Shown here: positions 26,801-35,831 of the stretch, in pieces
Layout: each line of letters begins with the position of its first letter
Position numbering within the stretch: the first letter of the stretch is position 1
Source: a virus
Taxonomy: Duplodnaviria > Caudoviricetes
Strand: one strand, 5' to 3'
Virus record (IMG/VR): IMGVR_UViG_3300009702_000028
Span: 1 to 60,775 of that record
Length of the DNA: 60,775 nt
The notes under the pieces: model-generated
Database searches by the model: none
Seen by the model: only the letters and a program-made list of their open reading frames with translations
What the model was told of the DNA's origin: nothing
Translations under genes and position numbers: made by a program

Positions 26801-29072
26801 GGTCATCGACCCTGAGTTTATTACTGGGAAATTGGGAGATACTGATGTACTCCCAGACTTCGGTAATGATGTAGTTGTTCTCGCCATGGGGGTTGAACCA
26901 GTCAAGGTACTTCAGAAGCATGGGCTGATTCCGAAGAACAGGACGATTACCAGCTTACGACAGAAACCAATAAAGGTGAATGGGGCTCAGATCCTTATCA
27001 GTTATCACCCTAGCATTATTTATAATGATGTATCGAAGGCTCCAGAGATAGCATGGGATGCGGCTCTCACGAAACGTTTGGCGTTAACAGGGAGCATGGA
27101 TCCAGAGACAGGAGACTATCTATTTGTTGATAGTTTTGAGGCCCTTGAAGATTATCTCAATCTTCAGACTACCCCTGTACCGCTAGCAGCAGACCTCGAA
27201 ACTCTTGGCTTAGATCCTTATGCAGAAGATGCCTGGATCGTTAGTATTCAGTTCACCCATGCCAAAGGTGAGGCGATGGTCATGAGGTTTGCTGGTAAGG
27301 AGGATCCTAAATATCCCGCAATTAATATAGAGAGAAGAGATCAGATTGATCGGATTCTTAATCATCCAATGGCTAAAGTTCGCGGGGCTAACTTCAAATT
27401 TGATCTACTTTGGTTATGGGAGCACTGGAATATAGAGTGCTCTAATTTCACTATGGATACTACTCTGGTGGGATCACTTCTTAATGAGAATAGATCAAAT
27501 AGTTTAGAGACTCACGCTAAGTTATTTACAGAGATGGGAGGGTATGACTCATATCTCAATTCTCACTATGACAAAGGTCGGATGGACTTAGTTCCAGATG
27601 ATGACTTTCTTACTTATTCAGGTGGGGATACCGATGCCTGTTATCAGGTCAGCAATAGGATGGTGGCTGAACTGGCTAGTATTCCCAAGTTGGGGAAATT
27701 CTATTTACGTTTACTTCATCCAGCTATGTTAGCGTTTCATGGCATGGAGAAGGTGGGAATCTGTATTGATACCGATGAGATGAATAACCTGGGGAAGGAA
27801 CTTACCCGGCACATGAAGGAAATCACCGAGAGGGCACGTAGAATATTGCCCCGCAGGCTTTATAACAAGCACAAGGACGCGTTTGTGCTTACTCGCAGTA
27901 GTATCACAAAGGATTATCTTTTCAGTCCTTTGGGGCTCAAGCTGAAGCCAGAGATAGTCACACCTAAGTCTGGACAACCGAGTACAGCCAATAGCCACCT
28001 TCAGATGTTTTTAGGGCATCCAAAAGCGGGGGAGTGGGTTCAATTACTCAATGATTATAATTCGACTAGGAAGACTTACGGTACTTACGTGAAAGGATTC
28101 ATTAAGCATCTGCGTACTGACGGTAGGTTTCATCCCACAGCGATGTTATTCAAGGGATTGTATGAACAGGGGGAGAGCGAATCGGGGACAGTAACAGGGC
28201 GTACAGCATTTCGTGATCCTGCAATACAGACTTTACCTAAGCATACCAAGTGGGCGAAGGCATTGAGGAAAGCCTATATAGCTCCACCTGGTTACAAAAT
28301 TGTTAGTTTGGACTATTCCCAAGGGGAATTACGTATTGCTGCTTGTCTAGCGAATGAAGATTCCATGATCTCAGCATATAAGGAGGGAATAGATCTCCAT
28401 ATGCTTACTGGAGCAGCTTTGGCAGGGTGGAAGCAAGAAGAGATATTGAAACTCAAGGCTAGCGAGGATGAAAGTGATCAGGATCTTTATGAGGATATTC
28501 GGCAGAAAGGAAAGTCAGCCAACTTTGGATTAATTTATGGGATGTCAGGTACCGGGTATGAGAACTATGCATTCGCGGTATATGGAGTGCAACTAGTTGC
28601 AGGTGAAGGTCAGATACAGAAGGATTTATTTTTTAAAAAGTATCCAAAGCTAATATCCTGGCATTCTCGTTATATCAATTATGCACACGAGCATAAATAT
28701 GTGACTTCTCCGTTAGGTAGATTGCGCAGACTTCCAATGATTGATTCATATGATTCTGCTCTGTCTAGCCAGGCTGAACGTCAGGCCATTAATTCTCCAG
28801 TTCAATCTACCCTTTCGGATCTAGCACTGCTGGCGTTGGGGGAGTTTAGGAAGCGGTATGGACAACCTATTGACTGTCAGCCTTCGATGATGGTTCATGA
28901 CCAGCTTATGTTTTATGTGAAGGAAGACCAATTAGATGTTTGGATCATCAGATTAAAGGAAGTGATGGAGGATCTATCCTTAGATCAATTTGGGTGGGAG
29001 CCCCAATTACCATTTCCAGTGGACTATGAGATAGGACCAAACCTCGCTGAGATGAAGAAGGTGAAATCATGA
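26739..29072 (+). CDS. polA: family A DNA polymerase with 3'-5' exonuclease and a partial UDG-like N-terminal domain
   Basis: Exo I DLET; GTVTGR; motif A DYSQGELR; motif B RQKGKSANFGLIYG; RQAINSPVQS; motif C VHDQ. Confidence 0.93.
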   Translation: MGAIKLWTGAKDSTLQESVLKVIDPEFITGKLGDTDVLPDFGNDVVVLAMGVEPVKVLQKHGLIPKNRTITSLRQKPIKVNGAQILISYHPSIIYNDVSKAPEIAWDAALTKRLALTGSMDPETGDYLFVDSFEALEDYLNLQTTPVPLAADLETLGLDPYAEDAWIVSIQFTHAKGEAMVMRFAGKEDPKYPAINIERRDQIDRILNHPMAKVRGANFKFDLLWLWEHWNIECSNFTMDTTLVGSLLNENRSNSLETHAKLFTEMGGYDSYLNSHYDKGRMDLVPDDDFLTYSGGDTDACYQVSNRMVAELASIPKLGKFYLRLLHPAMLAFHGMEKVGICIDTDEMNNLGKELTRHMKEITERARRILPRRLYNKHKDAFVLTRSSITKDYLFSPLGLKLKPEIVTPKSGQPSTANSHLQMFLGHPKAGEWVQLLNDYNSTRKTYGTYVKGFIKHLRTDGRFHPTAMLFKGLYEQGESESGTVTGRTAFRDPAIQTLPKHTKWAKALRKAYIAPPGYKIVSLDYSQGELRIAACLANEDSMISAYKEGIDLHMLTGAALAGWKQEEILKLKASEDESDQDLYEDIRQKGKSANFGLIYGMSGTGYENYAFAVYGVQLVAGEGQIQKDLFFKKYPKLISWHSRYINYAHEHKYVTSPLGRLRRLPMIDSYDSALSSQAERQAINSPVQSTLSDLALLALGEFRKRYGQPIDCQPSMMVHDQLMFYVKEDQLDVWIIRLKEVMEDLSLDQFGWEPQLPFPVDYEIGPNLAEMKKVKS
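28588..28601. repeat. palindrome TGCAACTAGTTGCA
   Basis: Exact copy inside the polymerase gene. Confidence 0.85.
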
Positions 29073-29142
29073 TTAGGTACTTATAGCGCTGTACAGGCTG
29101 GAGGGCCTAAAGTAAAGTACGGGGTGTATACGTCTAACTCAT

Positions 29143-29156
29143 TGCAACTGGTTGCA
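29143..29156. repeat. palindrome TGCAACTGGTTGCA
   Basis: One-mismatch copy 5 bp before the portal ATG. Confidence 0.8.
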
Positions 29157-29161
29157 CTTAT

Positions 29162-31045
29162 ATGGCAGCGGCTGAAAACCATTTCAAAAGTGATTTGGAT
29201 ATTGATCGTCAGCTTGACGGCAATATCTTAGGGGTTAATACGACCGTTATTCGTTCTGCAAAGGCAGATGCGGTTAGTCCCAATACTCTCCAGCGCCAGG
29301 CTATGGAGCTGGAGGATGAATTTGCTGGGATGTATTTCAATCCCACTACTGAACAAGGGTCGGTACTCCAACCTCCTTATAATTTCAGACGGTTGCGCAA
29401 ATTCACCCAAGAAAATAATAGCCTGCTCCAGGCGATTACTGCTATGGAGGTCAATATCGATGGTACCGGGTGGTCCATCAATAGGATGGAGGGGCATAAC
29501 CTACGAACACCAGACAAAACTGACGTTATTGCCAATACGCTTGATAACTTTTTCTCTGAACCTTGGCCTATGGTTTCGTTTACTTCTATACGACGGCAGT
29601 TACGTCGTGACATGGAAGAAACAGGCAACGCCTATCTTGAAATTCTCCGTAATCCTTCAGATGAGGTTGTCTTCATCAATCGGATAGATCCGGTGACACT
29701 CAGGATGGTGCAGCTTGATGCTGCAACAGAAGTTGAGAAGGAGGTGATGCGTGGGGGTGTTAAGCGGAGAATGAGAGTCGCTGAGCGTCAACGCCGGTAC
29801 GTTCAGGTAGTGGGTACCCATACGGTCTACTTTAAGAAGTATGGTGTTATTCGGGATTTGAATAAGAAAACAGGTAAATGGCAGGCACAAGGTGCTCGTC
29901 TTCCTGCTGAAGACCGAGCTACGGAAGTAATCCATTTTACTGTTGTCAAAGATACGGATACTCCCTATGGAGTTCCTCGTTGGATCAACAACTTACCTTC
30001 GGTTTTAGGCTCTCGTAGAGCTGAAGAATTAAATTTGAATTACTTCGATGCGGGTGGTATTCCTCCTGTTGTGGTTTTTATTGAAGGTGGGACAATTCGG
30101 GAAGACGTGCGCAGGCAATTAGAGACTATATTTAGTAAGGGAGCTAGTGAGTCACTTCGCGCTGCAATCGTCGAAGTATACTCATCAGAAGGAAAGCTAG
30201 ATGGGGGTGGTTCGCCTGTTAACGTCAATGTTGAGCGTTTTGGATCGGGAGATGCGGCTGATTCCGATGCTCAGTTCCAGCGGTACGATGAACGTACTGC
30301 AATGCGTATTCGTACGTCTTTTCGTCTTCCGCCTTTGTTTCTTGGCATGACGGAAGATTATTCCTTTGCCACAGCATTTGCGTCGTATACGGTTGCTGAA
30401 GCTCAAGTTTTTGGACCGGAGAGACATGAGTTTGATGAGATCATCAATGTAACGTTGGTACGTGCATTGGTGGGGGATGCGGCAGAGGAATATAAGTTTA
30501 GGTCTTTGCCCCTTCAAGTGACTGATGCTGCTACACAGCTTCGAGCTGTGGAGATAGCTTCAAATAAGAATGTTATCTCTGGGGAAGATCTCGTTGAGGC
30601 ATTGAATGAAATCACTAATACCTCTCTCAAGTTCACTGAGATGGAGTTGGTTGTGGGACCATCTTCGGATACAGGTGTTGGTGTGGCAGGGCCACTCCAG
30701 GATCCGACGCCTAATGCGAACCCAGGGGGAACACCAGGGCGTAACCAAGTCCAACAGGGAGCACGCTATTGGCGTAAGAAGGGCGTTGTTGGCGCAGAAG
30801 AGCTTACCGGGTTGGCTTTGAAATATCTGAATGCAGCCCAAGAGCGTCAGAAGGGGGATAACCCTGATTGGGCCGTTACTGTGTATGCTGACATTGATTC
30901 ACTAGGGCCGACTCAAAAGGACCAGTTCAACGCCATGGTAAGGTTATTAACTGTTCCTGACGCGCCTGAAAATGATCCGGATTTTGACGCTTTGATAACC
31001 GAGGCAGTCGGTTGCGTTGGCGCAGATCATGTCGATCCGTCTTGA
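29162..31045 (+). CDS. portal protein (PBSX/HK97-like)
   Basis: DMEETGNAYLEILR; EVIHF...PYGVPRW; NYFDAGGIP; SFRLPPLFLG...YSFATA. Confidence 0.88.
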   Translation: MAAAENHFKSDLDIDRQLDGNILGVNTTVIRSAKADAVSPNTLQRQAMELEDEFAGMYFNPTTEQGSVLQPPYNFRRLRKFTQENNSLLQAITAMEVNIDGTGWSINRMEGHNLRTPDKTDVIANTLDNFFSEPWPMVSFTSIRRQLRRDMEETGNAYLEILRNPSDEVVFINRIDPVTLRMVQLDAATEVEKEVMRGGVKRRMRVAERQRRYVQVVGTHTVYFKKYGVIRDLNKKTGKWQAQGARLPAEDRATEVIHFTVVKDTDTPYGVPRWINNLPSVLGSRRAEELNLNYFDAGGIPPVVVFIEGGTIREDVRRQLETIFSKGASESLRAAIVEVYSSEGKLDGGGSPVNVNVERFGSGDAADSDAQFQRYDERTAMRIRTSFRLPPLFLGMTEDYSFATAFASYTVAEAQVFGPERHEFDEIINVTLVRALVGDAAEEYKFRSLPLQVTDAATQLRAVEIASNKNVISGEDLVEALNEITNTSLKFTEMELVVGPSSDTGVGVAGPLQDPTPNANPGGTPGRNQVQQGARYWRKKGVVGAEELTGLALKYLNAAQERQKGDNPDWAVTVYADIDSLGPTQKDQFNAMVRLLTVPDAPENDPDFDALITEAVGCVGADHVDPS

Positions 31046-32108
31046 AACGTTCATTACTCTCGATGAGACCCTGACTCAACGTTTACTTCCTGCTTGGCGT
31101 AAACATGCTCTCCCTATTGCTCAGAAGGTGGGAGAAGCTGTAGAACGGGATGACATTGAGGAAGCCAATCGTCTGATAGCTACTTTGGACCTTTCCGTAG
31201 TGTTGCGGAAGGGTAAGAAGGATCTCCGTTTATTCGGGATGATGGCTCTTATCTTTGGGGCAACCCGTTTAAGTGATGAGAAGGACACTGTATTCCGGGG
31301 TAAAAAGAACCCTAAAATACTTCAAGAGTCTGACCGTCATTTTGGGTTAACCATTGAGTCTCTTACCAAGGAAGTTCAGAAGGGGCTTCGTGTTGGCATT
31401 AGGCAATGGCAAGAGCAGCAGATTAAAGAGCGCGACAGAGCTTTCAAGGCTCCCAGAATACGTTCTTTTGTATCGTTTTCTAAGCAGACCGTGGGTAGAC
31501 GGGGAAAAACCTCTTTACAATTAGCTTCCTCCCTGCACATGAGTCGTCTGAGCGCGTGGGGTTATACCGAGGAAGCTAAGGCCAAGGGGTTCACTCATTA
31601 CCGTGTGACTGAACAGCTAGATAACCGGACATGTCCTGTATGTCAGGTGATGGATGGTAAAGTGTTCCCGGTGCAACCGGCGCGTAACAGGTTAGATACT
31701 GTCCTGCGTATTGATGATCCGGCTTCTCTTTCATCCATTAACCCATGGCCCAAACAGGATGTGAATTCTGTAGCTCGTCTACGTCGCATGGGAGCACAGG
31801 ACATCATTAATAGTGGTTGGGATACACCACCCTACCACCCTAACTGTCGCGGGCTGCTGACGGGGATTACACGAGGGGACAAAGTACCTAATCTCGTGGA
31901 CACCAGGCCGGATACTCCCGATTTCATTTCTATTTCAGGTGTCACGCCTAATACCGTGGAAAACGTGGGGCAGGCTATTGTTACTGGCATGCCTGAGGCA
32001 GAGATTGTTAGGAATTTTGGAGTACCTCTAGCTGTAGTTGATCAAGTGCGTCAGCAGTTAGAGGCCAAGGGAGTAGAGATCAATGCAATTCCAATCCCAC
32101 AGATCTAA
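31029..32108 (+). CDS. minor head / head morphogenesis protein (SPP1 gp7 / Mu gpF-like)
   Basis: LDNRTCPVCQVMDGKVF...PPYHPNCRG, immediately after the portal. Confidence 0.8.
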   Translation: MSIRLETFITLDETLTQRLLPAWRKHALPIAQKVGEAVERDDIEEANRLIATLDLSVVLRKGKKDLRLFGMMALIFGATRLSDEKDTVFRGKKNPKILQESDRHFGLTIESLTKEVQKGLRVGIRQWQEQQIKERDRAFKAPRIRSFVSFSKQTVGRRGKTSLQLASSLHMSRLSAWGYTEEAKAKGFTHYRVTEQLDNRTCPVCQVMDGKVFPVQPARNRLDTVLRIDDPASLSSINPWPKQDVNSVARLRRMGAQDIINSGWDTPPYHPNCRGLLTGITRGDKVPNLVDTRPDTPDFISISGVTPNTVENVGQAIVTGMPEAEIVRNFGVPLAVVDQVRQQLEAKGVEINAIPIPQI

Positions 32109-32224
32109 GGCATATAGCCAAGAAGGTACCTAGGATAAGAAGAGGCGAGGTCGTAGGCGTCGAGATGAGGGAATGTTGGAAGTCCGACAAGCAGTAGTTC
32201 AAATCATGATCCTGGAGGAGCCCT

Positions 32225-32425
32225 ATGGCCTTGAAGCGGGAAGTCCATCTGATGAGTGGGCCGAAACAGATCAAAGCAACCATTAAGGTCTTTGATAGTG
32301 GAGAACTAAAAGCGTCTGCTATCTTGAAAACTTGGGATAATGATTCCAAAGGGAAAGTTTCAGCGAAGAAATATATCGCTCAGATAGTTGAAGTGACTAA
32401 CTACAAGGTGGTAGGAAAAGTCTGA
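32225..32425 (+). CDS. hypothetical protein
   Basis: GGAGG RBS. Confidence 0.5.
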   Translation: MALKREVHLMSGPKQIKATIKVFDSGELKASAILKTWDNDSKGKVSAKKYIAQIVEVTNYKVVGKV

Positions 32426-32490
32426 AGAAATACTGTGTATATGTGTAGAGGAAGTGTAGGAGTTTGAGGGTGTGATAATGAGAAATACAC

Positions 32491-33096
32491 ATGCGCAAAT
32501 TCATGTTGGGGTTGCATGGTTTCAACGTTAATGACAATGGGTTGGCCACCATTGATAAGTTGAGGCCATTTGCCGAATGGGCTGGATATACGTGGGTGGA
32601 TGGGGATTATGGGTGGAAAGGATTGGTGGGGGTAAACATCGCTAATGAGCCTATTGCAGGTATCATTTCCCAGTGTTGTAACCATTTCCTGGGACCCGAA
32701 GATTACGTAGTTCTGGCAGGTCATTCTAATGGGTGCGCTATTAGTGCTCTGGTAGACCATACTTGGACACCTAATATTAAACAGCTTTTGCTTATCAACC
32801 CCGCTTTGGATCGAGACTGGGTATTCTCTGAACGCCTAGATGGGGTCCATATATTTGGTACCCCTGGAGATGTGTGGACAGGGCTATCCCGGTGGTTACC
32901 CGGAATGGAGTGGGGGGCTATGTCGAATGGTTATGAGGGGGACCAAGAGTTCGTCTTATATCACGATATGTCAAAGGATAAAGACCATCCTATCAATAGT
33001 CATAGTGCGGTGTTCGAGGATGAGAATGACGACTACTGGCTGCGCAAAATGATAAATTGTGTTCAGGCTTGTGAGGGTATGAATAGTGGCGACTAA
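32491..33096 (+). CDS. alpha/beta hydrolase-fold protein
   Basis: LHGFN; nucleophile elbow GHSNG; LINPALD; C-terminal SHS. Confidence 0.75.
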   Translation: MRKFMLGLHGFNVNDNGLATIDKLRPFAEWAGYTWVDGDYGWKGLVGVNIANEPIAGIISQCCNHFLGPEDYVVLAGHSNGCAISALVDHTWTPNIKQLLLINPALDRDWVFSERLDGVHIFGTPGDVWTGLSRWLPGMEWGAMSNGYEGDQEFVLYHDMSKDKDHPINSHSAVFEDENDDYWLRKMINCVQACEGMNSGD

Positions 33097-33295
33097 CTAC
33101 ACATTGAGGTGGTTTGGATTTGTAGTCGATGAGAGCGGCGTCCGTTGCGGGTACGTCTTTCCTGAGGATACAACTGTAGATTGGACAGCGAACAATGGTA
33201 CGTTCAAGGCCCGATCAAAGAATGGAATAGAGTCTACGGGGCATGCTACTAAAGAAGCTGCGGGGGCTCAGATAGTTGTAGATATGGGGATCTAA
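33086..33295 (+). CDS. hypothetical protein
   Basis: GAGG RBS, GTG start. Confidence 0.55.
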   Translation: MATNYTLRWFGFVVDESGVRCGYVFPEDTTVDWTANNGTFKARSKNGIESTGHATKEAAGAQIVVDMGI

Positions 33296-33329
33296 GGCCC
33301 AAGAGTTCAAAAGTGTTAGTATGCAGGAT

Positions 33330-33360
33330 TTGACAAAACTTTCTGTTTGTTTTTAACTAC
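33330..33360 (+). promoter_or_regulatory. TTGACAAAACT promoter-like element upstream of the pilin gene
   Basis: Exact motif; -10 box unclear. Confidence 0.6.
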
Positions 33361-33384
33361 CTTCATCAATCATGGGGTTTAGTT

Positions 33385-34035
33385 ATGAAACAGCGTGGGT
33401 TTACTCTTACTGAACTACTAATAGTAACTACTATTTCGGGGATCATTGCTGCAATAGCGACCCCGAATTTCAATCGCTTCATTCGAACAGAGTCTCTAGT
33501 GTCTGATACGAACGCCTTAGTCTCTGCGTTCTTTCTGGCCCGAACTGAAGCAATCAAAAGAAATACCCGAGTCACGATCTGTGCGTCCTCAGATGGGGTA
33601 ACGTGTGGGGATAGTGCTCAGTGGAATCACGGGTATATCGTTTTCACTGATGGTGCTGCGGGGGTGGGGGGTGTCTTGGCAGATGGTATCGTCAATGGCG
33701 CTGACACTATCTTGCATATAGAGCGAGCCACAGGTACCACAATCGTTCCCAGGGCTCGTACTCTTCCAAGTAATAGCGCAGACAACCTCGTCAGTTACGT
33801 AAGCTTCAAAGGTACACGAGGGGCGATGCGTACGTTACCCGATCCAATAACTAAGCAATCAATCCCGTTGCGAGGAGCGTTGAAGATCTGTGATCCCGAG
33901 TTGGGAGTGGAGGCTATACGTGTTCTAAGTATCGATCCTTTGGGGAGAGCCAGCGCTAGTGCTAGGGATGCAGCACGTAGAGCAGCGGATGAGACGATTC
34001 AATACGATGGGCAGTCCGGGGTGTCGTGCAACTAG
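33385..34035 (+). CDS. fimT: GspH/FimT-family type IV minor pilin
   Basis: Prepilin site MKQRG/FTLTELLI, hydrophobic helix, ARTEAIKRNTRVTICAS.DG.TC...W..GYIVF.D, C-terminal Cys pair. Confidence 0.9.
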   Translation: MKQRGFTLTELLIVTTISGIIAAIATPNFNRFIRTESLVSDTNALVSAFFLARTEAIKRNTRVTICASSDGVTCGDSAQWNHGYIVFTDGAAGVGGVLADGIVNGADTILHIERATGTTIVPRARTLPSNSADNLVSYVSFKGTRGAMRTLPDPITKQSIPLRGALKICDPELGVEAIRVLSIDPLGRASASARDAARRAADETIQYDGQSGVSCN

Positions 34036-34090
34036 TTGCAAAATAATTTCAAAAAACGTTTGACAAAACTTTTAGTTAGTTCTTTAGTAC
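34027..34090 (+). promoter_or_regulatory. palindrome (34027-34040) plus TTGACAAAACT (34060)
   Basis: The palindrome's TAG is the pilin stop codon. Confidence 0.7.
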
Positions 34091-34144
34091 AGTTTATGTG
34101 ACTGTTACGCATAGTCGCATTTCAAGTGAATAGGAGAAGTAAAG

Positions 34145-34297
34145 ATGTTTGACTCAATTTCGTCTGACGTTCTAGGGTATGCCATTTCTATAATGTGCAT
34201 AGTCGTTGTATGGGGTATGGGGTTTTTGCAAGGGAGACGGCAGCGACGACATGAAACGAATACCTACAGGGCTCACAAAGAAGGTCGCGCATTCTGA
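34145..34297 (+). CDS. 50-aa single-TM protein (not in the ORF track)
   Basis: AGGAG RBS; VLGYAISIMCIVVVWGMGFL. Confidence 0.5.
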   Translation: MFDSISSDVLGYAISIMCIVVVWGMGFLQGRRQRRHETNTYRAHKEGRAF

Positions 34298-34682
34298 CGG
34301 TAATGTTCCTTGTGGGACGTGCACTCGGTGTTGTTACCTGAAGACCATCAGTCTGCACCCAGATCGTGGGGACAAGGTAGAAGAGCTAAACGCTAGCTTG
34401 CATCGTATTGATGACGGTACTGGTTTTCGTATTGTATGGACTATGCCGAGAAAGAGTGGGCATTGTGCGTATTTGGTAAATGAGCGGTGTACGATCTATG
34501 AGGATCGACCGTCTACGTGCAGAGAGTTTGACTGTAGAGCAGCATTGCTCACGTTGAACAAGAAACAGAAAGCGATACTCCGTAAGGAGGATGGTACGTG
34601 GAAACGCGTATTCAGAGCTGCCGAGGTATTGCAGTCTCATGAATCAACAAGTTTACATTCTGGTGGGGGGTGTTCAGGTTAA
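34251..34682 (+). CDS. YkgJ-family cysteine-cluster (Fe-S/Zn) protein
   Basis: CGTCTRCC...CAYL...CTIYEDRPSTCREFDC. Confidence 0.85.
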   Translation: MKRIPTGLTKKVAHSDGNVPCGTCTRCCYLKTISLHPDRGDKVEELNASLHRIDDGTGFRIVWTMPRKSGHCAYLVNERCTIYEDRPSTCREFDCRAALLTLNKKQKAILRKEDGTWKRVFRAAEVLQSHESTSLHSGGGCSG

Positions 34683-34869
34683 ACGTAATGGAGTGACTAT
34701 GATTGTTGATGCTCCTGCACCCGGAGAAGCCTTTAGAGTTATTCAACACGATGGGTCTTTTGCCTATGGTGGTCGTTGGGTAATACGTATGGGGTCAACC
34801 CAGAAAGAGTACGTGAACGGAGAAGAGCGACAAGCTACCCAGCTCAAGTTTGTTCCTGAGCCCATCTAA
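34639..34869 (+). CDS. hypothetical protein
   Basis: Operon-like packing. Confidence 0.5.
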   Translation: MNQQVYILVGGVQVKRNGVTMIVDAPAPGEAFRVIQHDGSFAYGGRWVIRMGSTQKEYVNGEERQATQLKFVPEPI

Positions 34870-35156
34870 TGAAAGTGTTTATAGAACACTTCACAGATAG
34901 TAGTGGCAAGATGGGTGTAGGGGTCCACATGACTACTTCTAAAGGTACGATGTGGCTAACAAGAAGATCTTTCACCTTAGACAACATAGATAAATGCATA
35001 CGTTATGCTGAGGTCTTTGTGAGTAAGGTAGAAGGGTTCAAGATAGTGGTAGCTGATTCTTTAGTGCTCCAGGCTATATTCCCTGATGACAAAGTAGAAG
35101 AAGAACGGATCGGGGAGAAAACTCGTAAGAAGCTGTTTGGTAACCCAGAGAAGTGA
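34869..35156 (+). CDS. hypothetical protein
   Basis: TAATG coupling. Confidence 0.55.
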   Translation: MKVFIEHFTDSSGKMGVGVHMTTSKGTMWLTRRSFTLDNIDKCIRYAEVFVSKVEGFKIVVADSLVLQAIFPDDKVEEERIGEKTRKKLFGNPEK

Positions 35157-35174
35157 GAGGTAGAGGGAGACTGT

Positions 35175-35678
35175 ATGCACATTGAAGCATATGCAGCATG
35201 TGAGCGGTTTTATGACACGTACCTGAAAGATCTTGTAGGTGGGGTAGTCAAGAATTCAGTGTTGGATGTTGGAAGCTATAACGTAAATGGAACGTTAAAA
35301 CCATTATTCTTTGAAGAGTTGTGGGATTACGTGGGGATGGACAATGAAGCAGGGACGAACGTGGATGTTGTACGTCACACTATCGATTTTCCTTTTGCCG
35401 ATAATCGCTTTGACGTGGCCGTCACGACTTCTGCACTCGAACACGATTCTACTTTTTGGTTGTCGATCTTTGAGATGGCACGAGTGGTTAAACCTGGAGG
35501 TTGGGTTTATCTGTGTGCACCATCACAGGGTGCGTACAATGCGTACCCTATTGATTGTTATCGGTTTTTTGAGGACGCGTGGAGAGCCTTTGATGGCGTT
35601 AATGGCTTGAGCCTTATAGAAACTTGGCAGGCTGGTGGTTATTACAATGATTCCATTGGAGTATTTCATAAAGTGTAA
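35175..35678 (+). CDS. class I SAM-dependent methyltransferase (type 11-like)
   Basis: VLDVGS.NVNG; YVGMD...G.NVDVV; FPF.DN.FDV...LEHD; EMARVVKPGG. Confidence 0.88.
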   Translation: MHIEAYAACERFYDTYLKDLVGGVVKNSVLDVGSYNVNGTLKPLFFEELWDYVGMDNEAGTNVDVVRHTIDFPFADNRFDVAVTTSALEHDSTFWLSIFEMARVVKPGGWVYLCAPSQGAYNAYPIDCYRFFEDAWRAFDGVNGLSLIETWQAGGYYNDSIGVFHKV

Positions 35679-35681
35679 CTT

Positions 35682-35695
35682 TGCAACCAGTTGCA
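35682..35695. repeat. palindrome TGCAACCAGTTGCA
   Basis: One-mismatch copy 3 bp after a stop codon. Confidence 0.8.
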
Positions 35696-35739
35696 CTTAT
35701 CTGCTAAGTTAAAAACTCCTCCTTCTCTTACTGTTATTG

Positions 35740-35768
35740 GCCCCCAATATTCTTGGGGGCTTTTTTTT
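35740..35768 (+). terminator. intrinsic terminator
   Basis: GCCCCCAA-TATTC-TTGGGGGC followed by T8. Confidence 0.9.
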
Positions 35769-35785
35769 GAGTTTTACAAACTGAT

Positions 35786-35799
35786 TGCAACTAGTTGCA
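35786..35799. repeat. palindrome TGCAACTAGTTGCA
   Basis: Exact copy upstream of the protease gene. Confidence 0.85.
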
Positions 35800-35831
35800 C
35801 ACCTACTTGTGATGAGTTACTTTTCGTTTCT

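Noticed and set aside
32105-32215. tRNA-like fragments (TAGCCAAG, GTTCAAATC)
   Set aside because: No T-stem or acceptor-stem pairing and the spacing is wrong for a cloverleaf.
35691-35831. N-terminal extension of the protease ORF from 35691
   Set aside because: It spans a terminator and palindromes; homology-like sequence begins at ATG 35832.
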